Part shown: positions 16,620 through 25,833 of the stretch, piece by piece | Layout of the letters: the number at the start of each line of letters is the position of its first letter | Position numbering within the stretch: the first letter of the stretch is position 1 | Origin: a virus | Virus record (IMG/VR): IMGVR_UViG_3300005573_000085 | DNA: 64,000 nucleotides | Direction: 5' to 3' (one strand) | Notes under the pieces: generated by a model | Told to the model about the DNA's origin: nothing | Seen by the model: the letters and a program-made list of their open reading frames with translations, nothing else | Database searches by the model: none | Program-made: the position numbers and the translations under genes

Positions 16620-17282
16620 ATGACGAAATACGAACTTACTCAGGAGATTATTGATAACCTGAAAACAACGTACCCGGACAGCCCGTTGTACAAGAAGACT
16701 TTGTTTGGACAGGACTTCGTATTCACTCATATAGATAGAGCCACATATCGGCTTATCAATGAGTGGATAGAGAGCAATCCCAAGGTCAAGGTATCGGATG
16801 TCGACAGCAAGATGGTGGACTATGCGCTTCTCTGGCCGAAATTCACTCCGGTGGATTGGATGACAATGCCTGCGGGGGCCATCCCCACGCTGGCCAAGCT
16901 AATTCAGGACAAGTCGTACCTAGCCACGGATGATTCGCCCAATGACTGGTATTCAGCCGAAACTCTGGTGGAGAGTACGGTGACGCAAAAGATTTCGGAC
17001 AAGGAAAGGGAGACTTTGAAAAACTCCATCAAAGCCCCGGCTAGAATTGTGACAATTCAGAACAGGGACTTTGTCATTCGAGCCATGATGCGCCCGGAAT
17101 ACTCGGCTCTCATGAAACTTCCCAAGGAGGTGGACGGTGAGGTCGAAGGCGTTAAAGGCTGTGTCATATGGCCCAAGAACGTGCAATGGGAGAAACTCGA
17201 AGCCGGAATCCCCACGGTCATAGCCACGGAGGTTATGAGACTGTCGGGATTCGGGGATACCGGAAACGTAACCGAACTGTAA
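16620..17282 (+). CDS. two-domain internally duplicated protein, tail-assembly-chaperone-like
   Basis: Two copies of FV....R..Y...(ALL/CVI)WP...AG.....A pattern. Confidence 0.55.
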   Translation: MTKYELTQEIIDNLKTTYPDSPLYKKTLFGQDFVFTHIDRATYRLINEWIESNPKVKVSDVDSKMVDYALLWPKFTPVDWMTMPAGAIPTLAKLIQDKSYLATDDSPNDWYSAETLVESTVTQKISDKERETLKNSIKAPARIVTIQNRDFVIRAMMRPEYSALMKLPKEVDGEVEGVKGCVIWPKNVQWEKLEAGIPTVIATEVMRLSGFGDTGNVTEL

Positions 17283-17307
17283 TTCACTTATTTGAAAGGG
17301 GTGTTTA

Positions 17308-17874
17308 ATGGAGACCGAGGGCTTACCGAAAGAGAAGGCTTCCCTTCTTGACGAACTTTTGCAGGACAACGAACCGGATATGTCCCCTCTTCTCGCATGC
17401 TTCAAGGATGCCGAGGAGATGGAGGATGCCATGCGGAATATTTCAATTCAGGTTATAAACGCATGGGGAGCCAATGACAGACTCATACGAATAGAATGCC
17501 CCATAGGAGTGGGGGATCTTATTCGATACAAGCTTTCCAAGGCGGAGATGGGAAATCTTCAGCCGATTTACAACGATCTTAAGAAGGACATCAGGTTTCA
17601 GGAATACGACCCGGATGTAACCGGAGGCACCAGGACCATCAGGATGTTCACCTTCAAGCAGGATATGATGGTGAACGAGATTATCTCTATGTACGGATGG
17701 GCCAACGACCCCAAGGTCAACCTGTACGGTAAGCTCAAGGAGGCGGGGTATGACATACGACCCAGCATGGAGGAGCTGAGACTGATGTATCTTATTAACA
17801 TCGTGCTGGATATGAGGGAGAAGGGACAGACGATAGTGACCCCGTCCTTTGTTCCTCGAAATCTTAAGAAGTGA
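17308..17874 (+). CDS. hypothetical protein
   Basis: AAAGGGG RBS, 188 aa. Confidence 0.7.
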   Translation: METEGLPKEKASLLDELLQDNEPDMSPLLACFKDAEEMEDAMRNISIQVINAWGANDRLIRIECPIGVGDLIRYKLSKAEMGNLQPIYNDLKKDIRFQEYDPDVTGGTRTIRMFTFKQDMMVNEIISMYGWANDPKVNLYGKLKEAGYDIRPSMEELRLMYLINIVLDMREKGQTIVTPSFVPRNLKK

Positions 17875-17904
17875 GCAAATTGTAAAATTTAAAAGGAGCG
17901 AATC

Positions 17905-17933
17905 AAAGGAACTCTCTCAGGAGTTCCTTTTTT
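17905..17933 (+). terminator. intrinsic terminator
   Basis: AAAGGAACTC-TCTCAG-GAGTTCCTTT-TTT. Confidence 0.85.
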
Positions 17934-17955
17934 GTCGGTCGGAAAGGATATTCAT

Positions 17956-18573
17956 ATGGAAAATAGTTTCAAGGAAGCGTGGCTGGCCTTGGACCGGGAC
18001 ATAAGAAATTGCAGCAAGTGCCCGCTGAGAAATCTGCAGCAGGCTCCCCCGGTCCCTGGCGAAGGCGACATGAACTCAGCGCTTCTGATAGTGGGGGAGG
18101 CTTTGGGCGGACAGGAGGTGGCGCAAGGCAGACCGTTCGTGGGCAAGGCGGGAATTGCGTTTCGGGAGATACTTGAAGAGGCCGGCATACCCCCGCACTT
18201 CGCGTACATTACAAACACGGTTCTGTGCAGGCCCACTGAAATAGGCCCCACCGGAAAGTCCAGAAACAGGCCTCCGGATGAGAATGAAATCAAGGCCTGC
18301 AAGCCGTGGCTTGACGCCAGAATAAAATTGATGAAACCGAAGTTCATAATTTGCGTGGGGGCCGTTGCCGCGCGGGCTTTGATATCCCCTTCGTTCTCAA
18401 TTACAAGGGAGCGAGGCTTGCTTACAAGATCCATTTATGACACGCAAGCGATAGCCACCCTCCATCCGGCCTATCTGGTGAGAAAGTCCGGGGAGGAGTA
18501 CAAAGAGGTTCGCAGTCAGATGGTGAGTGATTTAATAATAGCCAGAAAGGCATGTTTGTCTTTATTGAGGTGA
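17956..18573 (+). CDS. uracil-DNA glycosylase family 4
   Basis: CSKCPL, VPGEG, IVGEA.G, GRPFVGKAG, YITNTVLCRP, C..WL, LHPA. Confidence 0.92.
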   Translation: MENSFKEAWLALDRDIRNCSKCPLRNLQQAPPVPGEGDMNSALLIVGEALGGQEVAQGRPFVGKAGIAFREILEEAGIPPHFAYITNTVLCRPTEIGPTGKSRNRPPDENEIKACKPWLDARIKLMKPKFIICVGAVAARALISPSFSITRERGLLTRSIYDTQAIATLHPAYLVRKSGEEYKEVRSQMVSDLIIARKACLSLLR

Positions 18574-18578
18574 CCGAT

Positions 18579-18845
18579 ATGTTCATTATATTCATGACCG
18601 TGATAATAGTCCTTGGCGCATATCTGTATTGGAAAAGAGAAACACCGGAGGAACGGCTCATAAGGGAGACTGTCGATGAAATCGTTACGTATATTGAGAG
18701 TTGCGCGGCCGTAGGGTATAATGTATCAAAGTCCGAGATAGAGGAGCTTATTGTCGATAAGCTGGGGAACCTCGCCCCTGAATCGATTTGCGAGGTAGTA
18801 AGCCTGGTAATTGGCAAAATGAGCAAAGGAGAATTTTTGGGATGA
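18579..18845 (+). CDS. small membrane-anchored protein
   Basis: GAGGTG RBS; single N-terminal hydrophobic helix. Confidence 0.65.
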   Translation: MFIIFMTVIIVLGAYLYWKRETPEERLIRETVDEIVTYIESCAAVGYNVSKSEIEELIVDKLGNLAPESICEVVSLVIGKMSKGEFLG

Positions 18846-19123
18846 AAGCGCTATGCAGATTTACAACAGTGATAGAGGTGACCGATGACGCCACCGAGGA
18901 GGAGATGTTTCGCGAGTTCGTGAACGAGGCGAACAGAACTTTTGCCGCGACTGTTGGCGCGGGAAAGGGAATAAGTACGGTTATGTTCGAAGTCATGGAC
19001 GATGACAGTGATGACTTCGATGACGAGAGTTATTTTATGAACGAGGAGCTTCACGAAGCCGATAGATACGAGGATATGTATGACTTTTCGGATGACAAAT
19101 TCCTGGATACGAACACATACTAA
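18842..19123 (+). CDS. small acidic hypothetical protein
   Basis: ATGA overlap; D/E-rich C-terminus. Confidence 0.65.
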   Translation: MKALCRFTTVIEVTDDATEEEMFREFVNEANRTFAATVGAGKGISTVMFEVMDDDSDDFDDESYFMNEELHEADRYEDMYDFSDDKFLDTNTY

Positions 19124-19141
19124 TCACCGGGAGGCGTGACA

Positions 19142-19324
19142 ATGGAGGACCTGAAAAGTTTAAGCGATATGGAGCTGGCGGAGTTGCACATACGTAATTC
19201 CGCGCTTCCGGACAGCCCTTTAAGGGCCGCGCAGGAACAGCAAATAACATCCGAAATGATGAGAAGACTGAAGGAAAGGGAGGAGGCGGCATTAATCGCA
19301 CCGCCTGCGTTTTATCCGCGATGA
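19142..19324 (+). CDS. small hypothetical protein
   Basis: GGAGG RBS; coupled to next ORF. Confidence 0.55.
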   Translation: MEDLKSLSDMELAELHIRNSALPDSPLRAAQEQQITSEMMRRLKEREEAALIAPPAFYPR

Positions 19325-19611
19325 GATTAAAGTTTACGGATACCGGATTCATGATTTCCGATAGCTCGCTCCCGCTCACCTCCGGTGTGTACGAGGAGGA
19401 GTTCGTCCCGTTCATTGCCGAGATGGCTATAAATATCCTTCCGTCAGGGAGGGCGCTTCTGGAATTTAACGACAGGTATTACAGCATGTCCGCAAGAGAG
19501 CTGGAGGCTATGCTCAAGCTGGCCTCCGTGCACCATGGAAGAGTGCTTGGGCTTTGGACCCTTGTAAAAAGAGGAAAATGGCTTGGGCTTCGTTGGAATC
19601 CCGTAATCTAG
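19321..19611 (+). CDS. hypothetical protein
   Basis: ATGA overlap, 96 aa. Confidence 0.55.
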   Translation: MRLKFTDTGFMISDSSLPLTSGVYEEEFVPFIAEMAINILPSGRALLEFNDRYYSMSARELEAMLKLASVHHGRVLGLWTLVKRGKWLGLRWNPVI

Positions 19612-19618
19612 TTTCTTG

Positions 19619-19627
19619 TGCTATAAT
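19619..19627 (+). promoter_or_regulatory. extended -10 promoter (TGcTATAAT)
   Basis: Perfect extended -10 just upstream of GGGAGG RBS and ATG 19646. Confidence 0.65.
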
Positions 19628-19645
19628 ATATTGGGAGGATCCGAT

Positions 19646-19927
19646 ATGTGGGCCAAGAACTATGACAAATGCGTAAAATGCGGAAGCACCGAGTACCCTC
19701 ACCACGGGCATGGACTCTGTTATGTCTGCTATCAGCGCGAGGTTTGCGGAGTGAAAAGCGAATACAAGCCGAGGCTATCCTGGTCAAGGTACTATGACAG
19801 CTGTGTGCAGTGCCACCAGACGGTGTTTCCCCATGTCGCGAAGGGGTTATGCTCCCGGTGTTATCGGGAGAAAAGAAAAGAGGGAGCGGTCTCAAAAGAG
19901 AACGGAATGTTCAAGGTGAGGGAGTAG
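19646..19927 (+). CDS. tandem zinc-finger protein (two W....YD.CxxC....PH...GLCxxCY repeats)
   Basis: Two repeats with CxxC...H...CxxC ligands. Confidence 0.75.
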   Translation: MWAKNYDKCVKCGSTEYPHHGHGLCYVCYQREVCGVKSEYKPRLSWSRYYDSCVQCHQTVFPHVAKGLCSRCYREKRKEGAVSKENGMFKVRE

Positions 19928-19930
19928 ACA

Positions 19931-20119
19931 ATGGTTCAGATTACAATGACACCGGACGAGCCGGCCAAGCTGATAACCCTTATGGAAAGAACATATGGCG
20001 TTAATCTTGGTATTCTGCAGGGGATAATCAAGGATGCGAACATAACCGGGGAGCTAACCCTTGTGAAAACCATTCCCGGAACTGCGGATACCGTGAAAGT
20101 GACTGTGACCGTACGCTAA
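19931..20119 (+). CDS. small hypothetical protein
   Basis: GGGAG RBS; TAATG coupling with next ORF. Confidence 0.6.
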   Translation: MVQITMTPDEPAKLITLMERTYGVNLGILQGIIKDANITGELTLVKTIPGTADTVKVTVTVR

Positions 20120-20547
20120 TGCTAATCACCGCTAGCGAGATAAGTTCGGAATCCCTGCGCGCGTTGATCAGGGATATGGCGGGCGAGGACTTGGCGAACA
20201 AGTTCTCCAATCTTTGTCAGTCGGTCTCGGTTGACGACTCGGGGCGAATAATAGTCTCTCGAAGGTTCGGAATACTCGGGTATTCGGCCCGGCTGGATGT
20301 GTTGGCGCAGGATGGCGCGCTCATGCTGGAGGTAAGTAGCGCCACGCTTGGCGGCCTATCCTGGTTTGGATATGTAAAATCAAAAACGATAAAGGAGCTG
20401 GGGAAATTCGGCAGAGGGTTTAAAGCCATCCCCGGCCTGAGACTTATTCCAACGAACGAAGGAGTCGCGGTGATGTTCAATCATGTTTCATTTGATTTAC
20501 TGATAATCACCCGAACGGGCTTTCTTCTTTCGGCAAAACTTTCATAA
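20119..20547 (+). CDS. hypothetical protein
   Basis: 142 aa, translationally coupled. Confidence 0.6.
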   Translation: MLITASEISSESLRALIRDMAGEDLANKFSNLCQSVSVDDSGRIIVSRRFGILGYSARLDVLAQDGALMLEVSSATLGGLSWFGYVKSKTIKELGKFGRGFKAIPGLRLIPTNEGVAVMFNHVSFDLLIITRTGFLLSAKLS

Positions 20548-20595
20548 GTCGACTTACTCAATAACGACCGGGGCTGACCCGGCAAGGAGAATCAA

Positions 20596-20949
20596 ATGTT
20601 TGCATCAATCTGGAAGGGTATTAAACGGATGTTCCACCTCCCGGCCGGGAGGGATTCCGCATCCGAAATCCTGGGGCCGACCCTGGACGCATTAAAAAAG
20701 CTGGGAGCGCAGCTCATCAGCGAGGCGGTGAACAACGCCATCTCGACATTGTCAAAGGATGTCACCTCGGTTTCCAACGCGGTTTACACCGAGGTGGACA
20801 AGGCGTTTCAAGGATTTGGCGCGCCCGAATGGGCCGTGCTTATTAACGAGGCGGTAGGGCAGGTCAGCCAAAACGCATCCGTGTCACTCGCGGAGTACAA
20901 GACCAAGCTGTCCGATGCCATTACTAAAAAGCTGGGGCTCACTCCGTAG
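20596..20949 (+). CDS. hypothetical helical protein
   Basis: AAGGAG RBS; followed by terminator. Confidence 0.7.
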   Translation: MFASIWKGIKRMFHLPAGRDSASEILGPTLDALKKLGAQLISEAVNNAISTLSKDVTSVSNAVYTEVDKAFQGFGAPEWAVLINEAVGQVSQNASVSLAEYKTKLSDAITKKLGLTP

Positions 20950-20977
20950 CGTACTATGAATTTCTCATTAACCATGG

Positions 20978-21007
20978 ACGGGCGTCCGCAAGGATGTCCG
21001 TTTTTTT
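20978..21007 (+). terminator. intrinsic terminator
   Basis: ACGGGCGTCC-GCAA-GGATGTCCGT followed by T6. Confidence 0.9.
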
Positions 21008-21325
21008 ATGGAAAGGCTGGAAGGCATGTATTCACCGGTAGACAAGTATGACGGCATAATAGTGGAGGCGCTGGCGGAGTTAAAGGGAGGCGCCTCGGTT
21101 CAGGAAGTCACCGAGAAAGTGTTCGAGAAAAGTCGAAACTTTCTGACAATCGATGACGTAACCCGCGTCACGTCCAACGGGGAGGTGGCATGGAGAAACA
21201 GAATGAGATGGTCCAAGTCCCGTTTGACCAAGGCCGGTCTGGTTGTAAGCTCTCGAAGAGGCTATTGGACCCTGACGGACAAGGCCTTGTCCGCATTAAC
21301 CACATTGAAAGGGAGACGCAAATGA
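21008..21325 (+). CDS. stand-alone Mrr N-terminal (winged-helix) domain protein
   Basis: P...YD..IVEAL.ELKGGASV.EV...V......RMRWSKSRL.KAGLV.SSRRGYW.LT; no nuclease domain. Confidence 0.8.
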   Translation: MERLEGMYSPVDKYDGIIVEALAELKGGASVQEVTEKVFEKSRNFLTIDDVTRVTSNGEVAWRNRMRWSKSRLTKAGLVVSSRRGYWTLTDKALSALTTLKGRRK

Positions 21326-21573
21326 CGCAATATTATGAACTCAAATATCTGGGTGGAAACAGGTTCGGCCTGCCTCCTCAACTTGACGATGACTTCGTTA
21401 TAATTATCGGAGGGTTGACAATGATACCCCCGGAGGATTACACTTATAACGAGCTTGAAAACACCATCAAGGTTACGGATATGGGTGAAAGGAGACTGGC
21501 TAGAATGAGTCTTTCCATCCCCACGGTGAAGGCTTACGGGATGAGACTGGGCGTTCCCAAGAGAAAAAGATAG
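21322..21573 (+). CDS. small hypothetical protein
   Basis: GGGAG RBS; ATGA overlap. Confidence 0.6.
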   Translation: MTQYYELKYLGGNRFGLPPQLDDDFVIIIGGLTMIPPEDYTYNELENTIKVTDMGERRLARMSLSIPTVKAYGMRLGVPKRKR

Positions 21574-21596
21574 TTGGTCATCTGAAAGGAATTGCA

Positions 21597-22295
21597 ATGC
21601 TTAACACCGATTTGGAGGCGAGCGAAATCAAAGTCAGGCCAATCAGGGTTCTGACGGATGTCGATGACCTGAGCGTGTCGCGTTATTACGGAAGCTCGAG
21701 AAGAGCGATAATCATCGATCCCCGGAACGCCCGGGATCTGTACAACGGTCGGATGAGATGCATCCCGGGGCTCAAGTATTATCCGTGGACGAATCAAGTG
21801 CCGCTCTTCGTGTATGAGAAAAGCCCGAAGAGCATGATAACCGGAATGGTCAGGCTGTCCCCTGTTTTCTGGACTACGATATCGGATGGGTCGAGCGCGG
21901 AAATGGAGACCCTCAAGGCGAAGCGTCCGCAGGATTTGCATGGCAGCGAGTATTCAAACGCATATCTGAATTCATCCGCTGATTATCGCACGGTTTGTTT
22001 TTATTTCAAGGACATGTCGTCCTCCGGGCTTTTAAACAAGCCGCTACGGAGTGACGAACGCATCTATGTAAGCGACATAACAAAGGCTTTCAAATTTGAA
22101 TGCGAATATCGACCGGAGATGCTTGGGTTTCTCCCGACTGATATTCGAGTCTTTCGACCATCTCTCAAGCTGCTAACGGACTACCGAAGGGAGCCCTGGT
22201 ATGACAAGCTGATTGAGGATATAGGGAACGCCATTGAAGCGTTCATGAAGGATAACGATATGATACAGGCGAAACGGATACCCTCGGACCGTTAG
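21597..22295 (+). CDS. ASCH/PUA-like paralog B1
   Basis: IIDPRNARDLYNGR, FVYEKSPKSMITGMVRL, C-terminal ITKAFKFECEY. Confidence 0.75.
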   Translation: MLNTDLEASEIKVRPIRVLTDVDDLSVSRYYGSSRRAIIIDPRNARDLYNGRMRCIPGLKYYPWTNQVPLFVYEKSPKSMITGMVRLSPVFWTTISDGSSAEMETLKAKRPQDLHGSEYSNAYLNSSADYRTVCFYFKDMSSSGLLNKPLRSDERIYVSDITKAFKFECEYRPEMLGFLPTDIRVFRPSLKLLTDYRREPWYDKLIEDIGNAIEAFMKDNDMIQAKRIPSDR

Positions 22296-22336
22296 CCCGA
22301 GAGATCCGACTGAGCCGTTTCATGGAAAGGATTGCA

Positions 22337-23035
22337 ATGCTTAACACCAATTTGGATGCAAGCGACATTAAAATGAAGCCCATCAGGGTTCTGATGAGCT
22401 TTGACGAATTGGATACCCGGTACAGGTCGATAAGAACCCTCTCTATTGACCCAAAGGATTCCAAGGATATATATGGAGGAAGGATGAGTTACCTCGTGGA
22501 GCTTAAGCATCATGTTATGTGGTATAACCATCCCATTCTATTCTTCATATATGAGAGAAGGCCTAAGAAGCTTATAACGGGAATGGCCAGGCTGTCGCCC
22601 ATCGTTTGGATTAACATACCGAAGGGCGAGCCGGTGGTCAATAAAATCGATACGGCCATAGTGCGGTCGACCAACGCCTTCATAAACGATACGTGGCTGG
22701 AGCCGTGGCTCGGACCGCAGGAGTGTTACCTGCACTACTACACCGTGAAGGACTCAACGGCCTACTTCTATCTGAAGGATCGGATTTCGCTTGATCTTTT
22801 CCGAAGACAGGCGAAGGACTATCCGTATGTTCATATAAACGAAGTGACGAAGACTTACAGGTTTGAATCGACATATGAGCCCTGGATGCTGGGGTTTGAC
22901 AAAACCGACATTCAGCGTGACTACATCCATACCGAGGACCTGAGCGGAGAGGGAGGAGAGCCCTGGCGCGTCAAGCTGGCCGAGGAGATAAGAAAGGCTC
23001 TTGCCAAGTTGATGGATGACAGTGACATAGCGTAG
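22337..23035 (+). CDS. ASCH/PUA-like paralog B2
   Basis: LSIDPKDSKDIYGGR, FIYERRPKKLITGMARL, VTKTYRFESTYEPW. Confidence 0.75.
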   Translation: MLNTNLDASDIKMKPIRVLMSFDELDTRYRSIRTLSIDPKDSKDIYGGRMSYLVELKHHVMWYNHPILFFIYERRPKKLITGMARLSPIVWINIPKGEPVVNKIDTAIVRSTNAFINDTWLEPWLGPQECYLHYYTVKDSTAYFYLKDRISLDLFRRQAKDYPYVHINEVTKTYRFESTYEPWMLGFDKTDIQRDYIHTEDLSGEGGEPWRVKLAEEIRKALAKLMDDSDIA

Positions 23036-23081
23036 CCGAAACGGAGATTGTCAAGGGAACGGCTATGCGGAAAGGAATGTG

Positions 23082-23780
23082 ATGTCGAACAACGCCTGTG
23101 AAATAAGACCCGTCAGGGTGCTAACCGATTTCAGGGACCCGGAGACGGAGGATTGCCGCTTCAGGATAAGAAGGGTGATAACCATTGATCCGAAGTACGC
23201 CAAGGATATCTATGAAGGAAGGATAAATCGCATTGTCGGAGGGAGAAGTTACATAGAGTGGTACAACGGTATTCTTCCCGTCTTCATATATGAAAAGAGC
23301 CCGAGAAAGCTCATAACCGGCATGGCCAGACTATCGCCTGTCATATGGCTTCTTATCCCTGAAGGTGGTGACCCTCCGGTGAATGACATGAAGACCGTGA
23401 AACTAATGAATGATTCGGAGCTGAAGACCGGCTTTTACTTCATCTATCATGGCGTCATTGAAGCATCCCTGGCTTATTTCCACCTGAGGGATGGCATACC
23501 GTTGGAGCTTTTCAAAAGACAGGTTGGAAACGCATCCAAGATCCGAGCGGCCGACATAACGAAGACCTACAGATTCGAGACCCCTTACGAGCCGTGGATG
23601 CTGGGAATCGAGGAGAAGGAGATCCGGTTATGTCGAACGCACGCCAGGGATATGAGCGCCTATGACGGGGAGCCCTGGCACGACAAACTGAAGGATGAGA
23701 TCAGGGAGGCCGTCAAGACGCTGAAGGATGATAGCGATATAACATGGACCGAGTTGAAATATCCGGAAGGAATGTATTGA
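23082..23780 (+). CDS. ASCH/PUA-like paralog B3
   Basis: ITIDPKYAKDIYEGR, FIYEKSPRKLITGMARL, GIPLELF...ITKTYRFETPY. Confidence 0.75.
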   Translation: MSNNACEIRPVRVLTDFRDPETEDCRFRIRRVITIDPKYAKDIYEGRINRIVGGRSYIEWYNGILPVFIYEKSPRKLITGMARLSPVIWLLIPEGGDPPVNDMKTVKLMNDSELKTGFYFIYHGVIEASLAYFHLRDGIPLELFKRQVGNASKIRAADITKTYRFETPYEPWMLGIEEKEIRLCRTHARDMSAYDGEPWHDKLKDEIREAVKTLKDDSDITWTELKYPEGMY

Positions 23781-23813
23781 AGACGAACGAAGGGCTATAT
23801 GGAAAGGAACGCG

Positions 23814-24512
23814 ATGTCAAACGAAGAGATTGAAATGAAGCCCGTCAGAGTGCTGGTGGATCTCAAGGATGGCAAGGAGTTGAAGAAGCGGGTAAGGAGC
23901 AACTACAGGAACATGAGATGGGTCATGACCATCGACCCGGAGGATTCCAAGGGGATATACGGTGGCAGGACGGGTTATGCCGTAGGATTCGCGTATTACA
24001 TATGGCATAACGCGATTCCGTTTTTCGTATACGAGAAAAGTCCGAGAAAGCTGATAACAGGCATGGTCAGGCTTGTTCCCATTGCATGGCTTCACAAGCC
24101 AAAGAGCGAACCGGGGGTTGGTGAAGTTGGGACAATCAGGATACAATCCGTTCACGAGCTATTCCTCGCAATGTGCGGGGAATCACCGGAGGGCTACGCA
24201 TTCCATACCGTGCGAAGGGAGATCGCCTACTCCTGGCTTAAGGATAGGATCCCGTTTGAGCTTTTCCAAAAGCAGGCGGGGAAGGATAAGTTTGTTTATG
24301 TCAGCGAAATAATGAAAGCTTATGAATTCGAGTCGACATACGAGCCTTGGATGCTAGGACTGGGGGCGAAAGGTCCCCGGTCGGGATTTCACTTGGTCAA
24401 AGATACGAGCGAATACGAAGGAGAGCCCTGGCGTGTGAAGCTAAGCGAGGAGATCAAGGCGGGCGCTGTCTCGCTGGGGGTTGACGAGGATGCGATATGG
24501 AAACGAGTTTGA
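23814..24512 (+). CDS. ASCH/PUA-like paralog B4
   Basis: MTIDPEDSKGIYGGR, FVYEKSPRKLITGMVRL, IMKAYEFESTYEPW. Confidence 0.75.
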   Translation: MSNEEIEMKPVRVLVDLKDGKELKKRVRSNYRNMRWVMTIDPEDSKGIYGGRTGYAVGFAYYIWHNAIPFFVYEKSPRKLITGMVRLVPIAWLHKPKSEPGVGEVGTIRIQSVHELFLAMCGESPEGYAFHTVRREIAYSWLKDRIPFELFQKQAGKDKFVYVSEIMKAYEFESTYEPWMLGLGAKGPRSGFHLVKDTSEYEGEPWRVKLSEEIKAGAVSLGVDEDAIWKRV

Positions 24513-24531
24513 TGAAACGGAGGTTTGACGA

Positions 24532-25026
24532 ATGAGCGAGAGGTATTCCCTGGCGGACTACGATATCGACAGGCTTATAACCGCGACCGAGGAGGAGGTG
24601 GACTACGTAAGAGGGAACGGGGGCGCGTTCTTTGCGCTTCGGAACCTGTCGGAGACTTATCCGCTTGACGCCCTGGTGTATGCCAGATGGCCGTCCAAGT
24701 CCGTAGTCGGAGTGGCCCGGCTGGGCGCCCCGGAAGTTGACACACCGGACAATTTAATGATAAAATATTCAAAGCAGCCGCTGGATAAAAGAAGATTCTG
24801 GAAGTGGAAGAGCGTTCACAAGCAAAAGGCTTACGCCTATCCCGTTCTTAAGTTGCATGTGTTTGACAGGAGCTACTCCATAAAGGATCTGATGCTCACC
24901 AAGTGGCCGCGCGAGGACACCAGGATAGGATACGTCTGGGCGAATCTGGAATACAGACCGACCCTTTCAAAGGTGGCCAAAAGACTGAGAGAGGATATGA
25001 AGGGAATGGATAAATGGGAGGATTAG
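24532..25026 (+). CDS. compact ASCH/PUA-like paralog B5
   Basis: LVYARWPSKSVVGVARL..PEVDTPDNL...KAYAYPVLKLHVFDRSYSIKDL resembles COG4933-type ASCH proteins. Confidence 0.7.
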   Translation: MSERYSLADYDIDRLITATEEEVDYVRGNGGAFFALRNLSETYPLDALVYARWPSKSVVGVARLGAPEVDTPDNLMIKYSKQPLDKRRFWKWKSVHKQKAYAYPVLKLHVFDRSYSIKDLMLTKWPREDTRIGYVWANLEYRPTLSKVAKRLREDMKGMDKWED

Positions 25027-25027
25027 G

Positions 25028-25645
25028 ATGAGGATTGAGAGGAAAGAGTATAACGGGTCAGAGTATGTGAACATTCAAGTTTCCAGACTTGACACCAAGG
25101 GCAAGATTCTGGATATCGTGGACACCACCAATGTCAAAGGAGGCGGCAACGAAGTTAATATCTTTGAAAAAGTCACCATTAACATAGTGTCTTACGGGGA
25201 GAACAAGGAGTCAATCGCTCTGAAATACTTTATGGATTTGGACGAGTTTCTATCCGTGGCTTACGCCATAATGAATAACCGGGAGCTGAATTACAGAAGC
25301 TACAAAGGCACGAAAAGTTCGAAGTATGATTCCGGATATGAATCCCGATGTCTTAGCGTATGCTCCTGGGCCGAAGGCCTAGGAGGAAAAGGCGCCTACA
25401 CCATTGAGATTATCACCGGGGAGGGCGTGGCCGGGGAGCTGGGACAAGTCATGCCGAAGAAGGGGGCGCCAGTAATCTCGTTGAAAATGGTGGTGCCAAT
25501 ACCGGAGGCCAACCGCGCCTTCACTTACGCTTATGCATACTTCAGTTCAAAGGTTTACGATCTTGGAAAGGCCGCGCTCAGAGAGCTGGAAAGAGGCAAT
25601 AACAGAAGTTCGGCAAGTTACAGGGATTACTTGGGTAATTCCTGA
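25028..25645 (+). CDS. hypothetical protein
   Basis: GGAGG RBS, 205 aa, beta-rich. Confidence 0.7.
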   Translation: MRIERKEYNGSEYVNIQVSRLDTKGKILDIVDTTNVKGGGNEVNIFEKVTINIVSYGENKESIALKYFMDLDEFLSVAYAIMNNRELNYRSYKGTKSSKYDSGYESRCLSVCSWAEGLGGKGAYTIEIITGEGVAGELGQVMPKKGAPVISLKMVVPIPEANRAFTYAYAYFSSKVYDLGKAALRELERGNNRSSASYRDYLGNS

Positions 25646-25666
25646 ATTTTTCAACGGGAGAATGCA

Positions 25667-25828
25667 ATGAGAAAAAATCAAAAGCCGTCAGGTGGCGGGA
25701 AAAACGCCAAAAGTTCCGATGTGAAAATACCGCCTGATAAGACATTGGATACGAGCAAGACGCTGCCTCCGTGGTTTAAGAATCTTCAGAAAGGGAACAA
25801 GAATTTAATTCCGCCAAAGGGAAATTAG
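25667..25828 (+). CDS. small basic hypothetical protein (53 aa, below ORF-track cutoff)
   Basis: GGGAG RBS; fills the gap between neighbouring genes. Confidence 0.5.
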   Translation: MRKNQKPSGGGKNAKSSDVKIPPDKTLDTSKTLPPWFKNLQKGNKNLIPPKGN

Positions 25829-25833
25829 TCATC

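Noticed and set aside
17260-17310. Programmed frameshift joining the chaperone-like gene to the next ORF (G/GT type)
   Set aside because: No XXXYYYZ slippery site near the stop, and the downstream gene has its own RBS.
20545-20556. Perfect 12-bp palindrome TAAGTCGACTTA as an operator
   Set aside because: Single occurrence overlapping a stop codon; compatible with chance.
931-25026. Diversity-generating retroelement or integron-type cassette system behind the two paralog arrays
   Set aside because: No reverse transcriptase or integrase in the window, no adenine-specific TR/VR pair, and no attC-like repeats between genes; spacers are only short RBS-bearing sequences.
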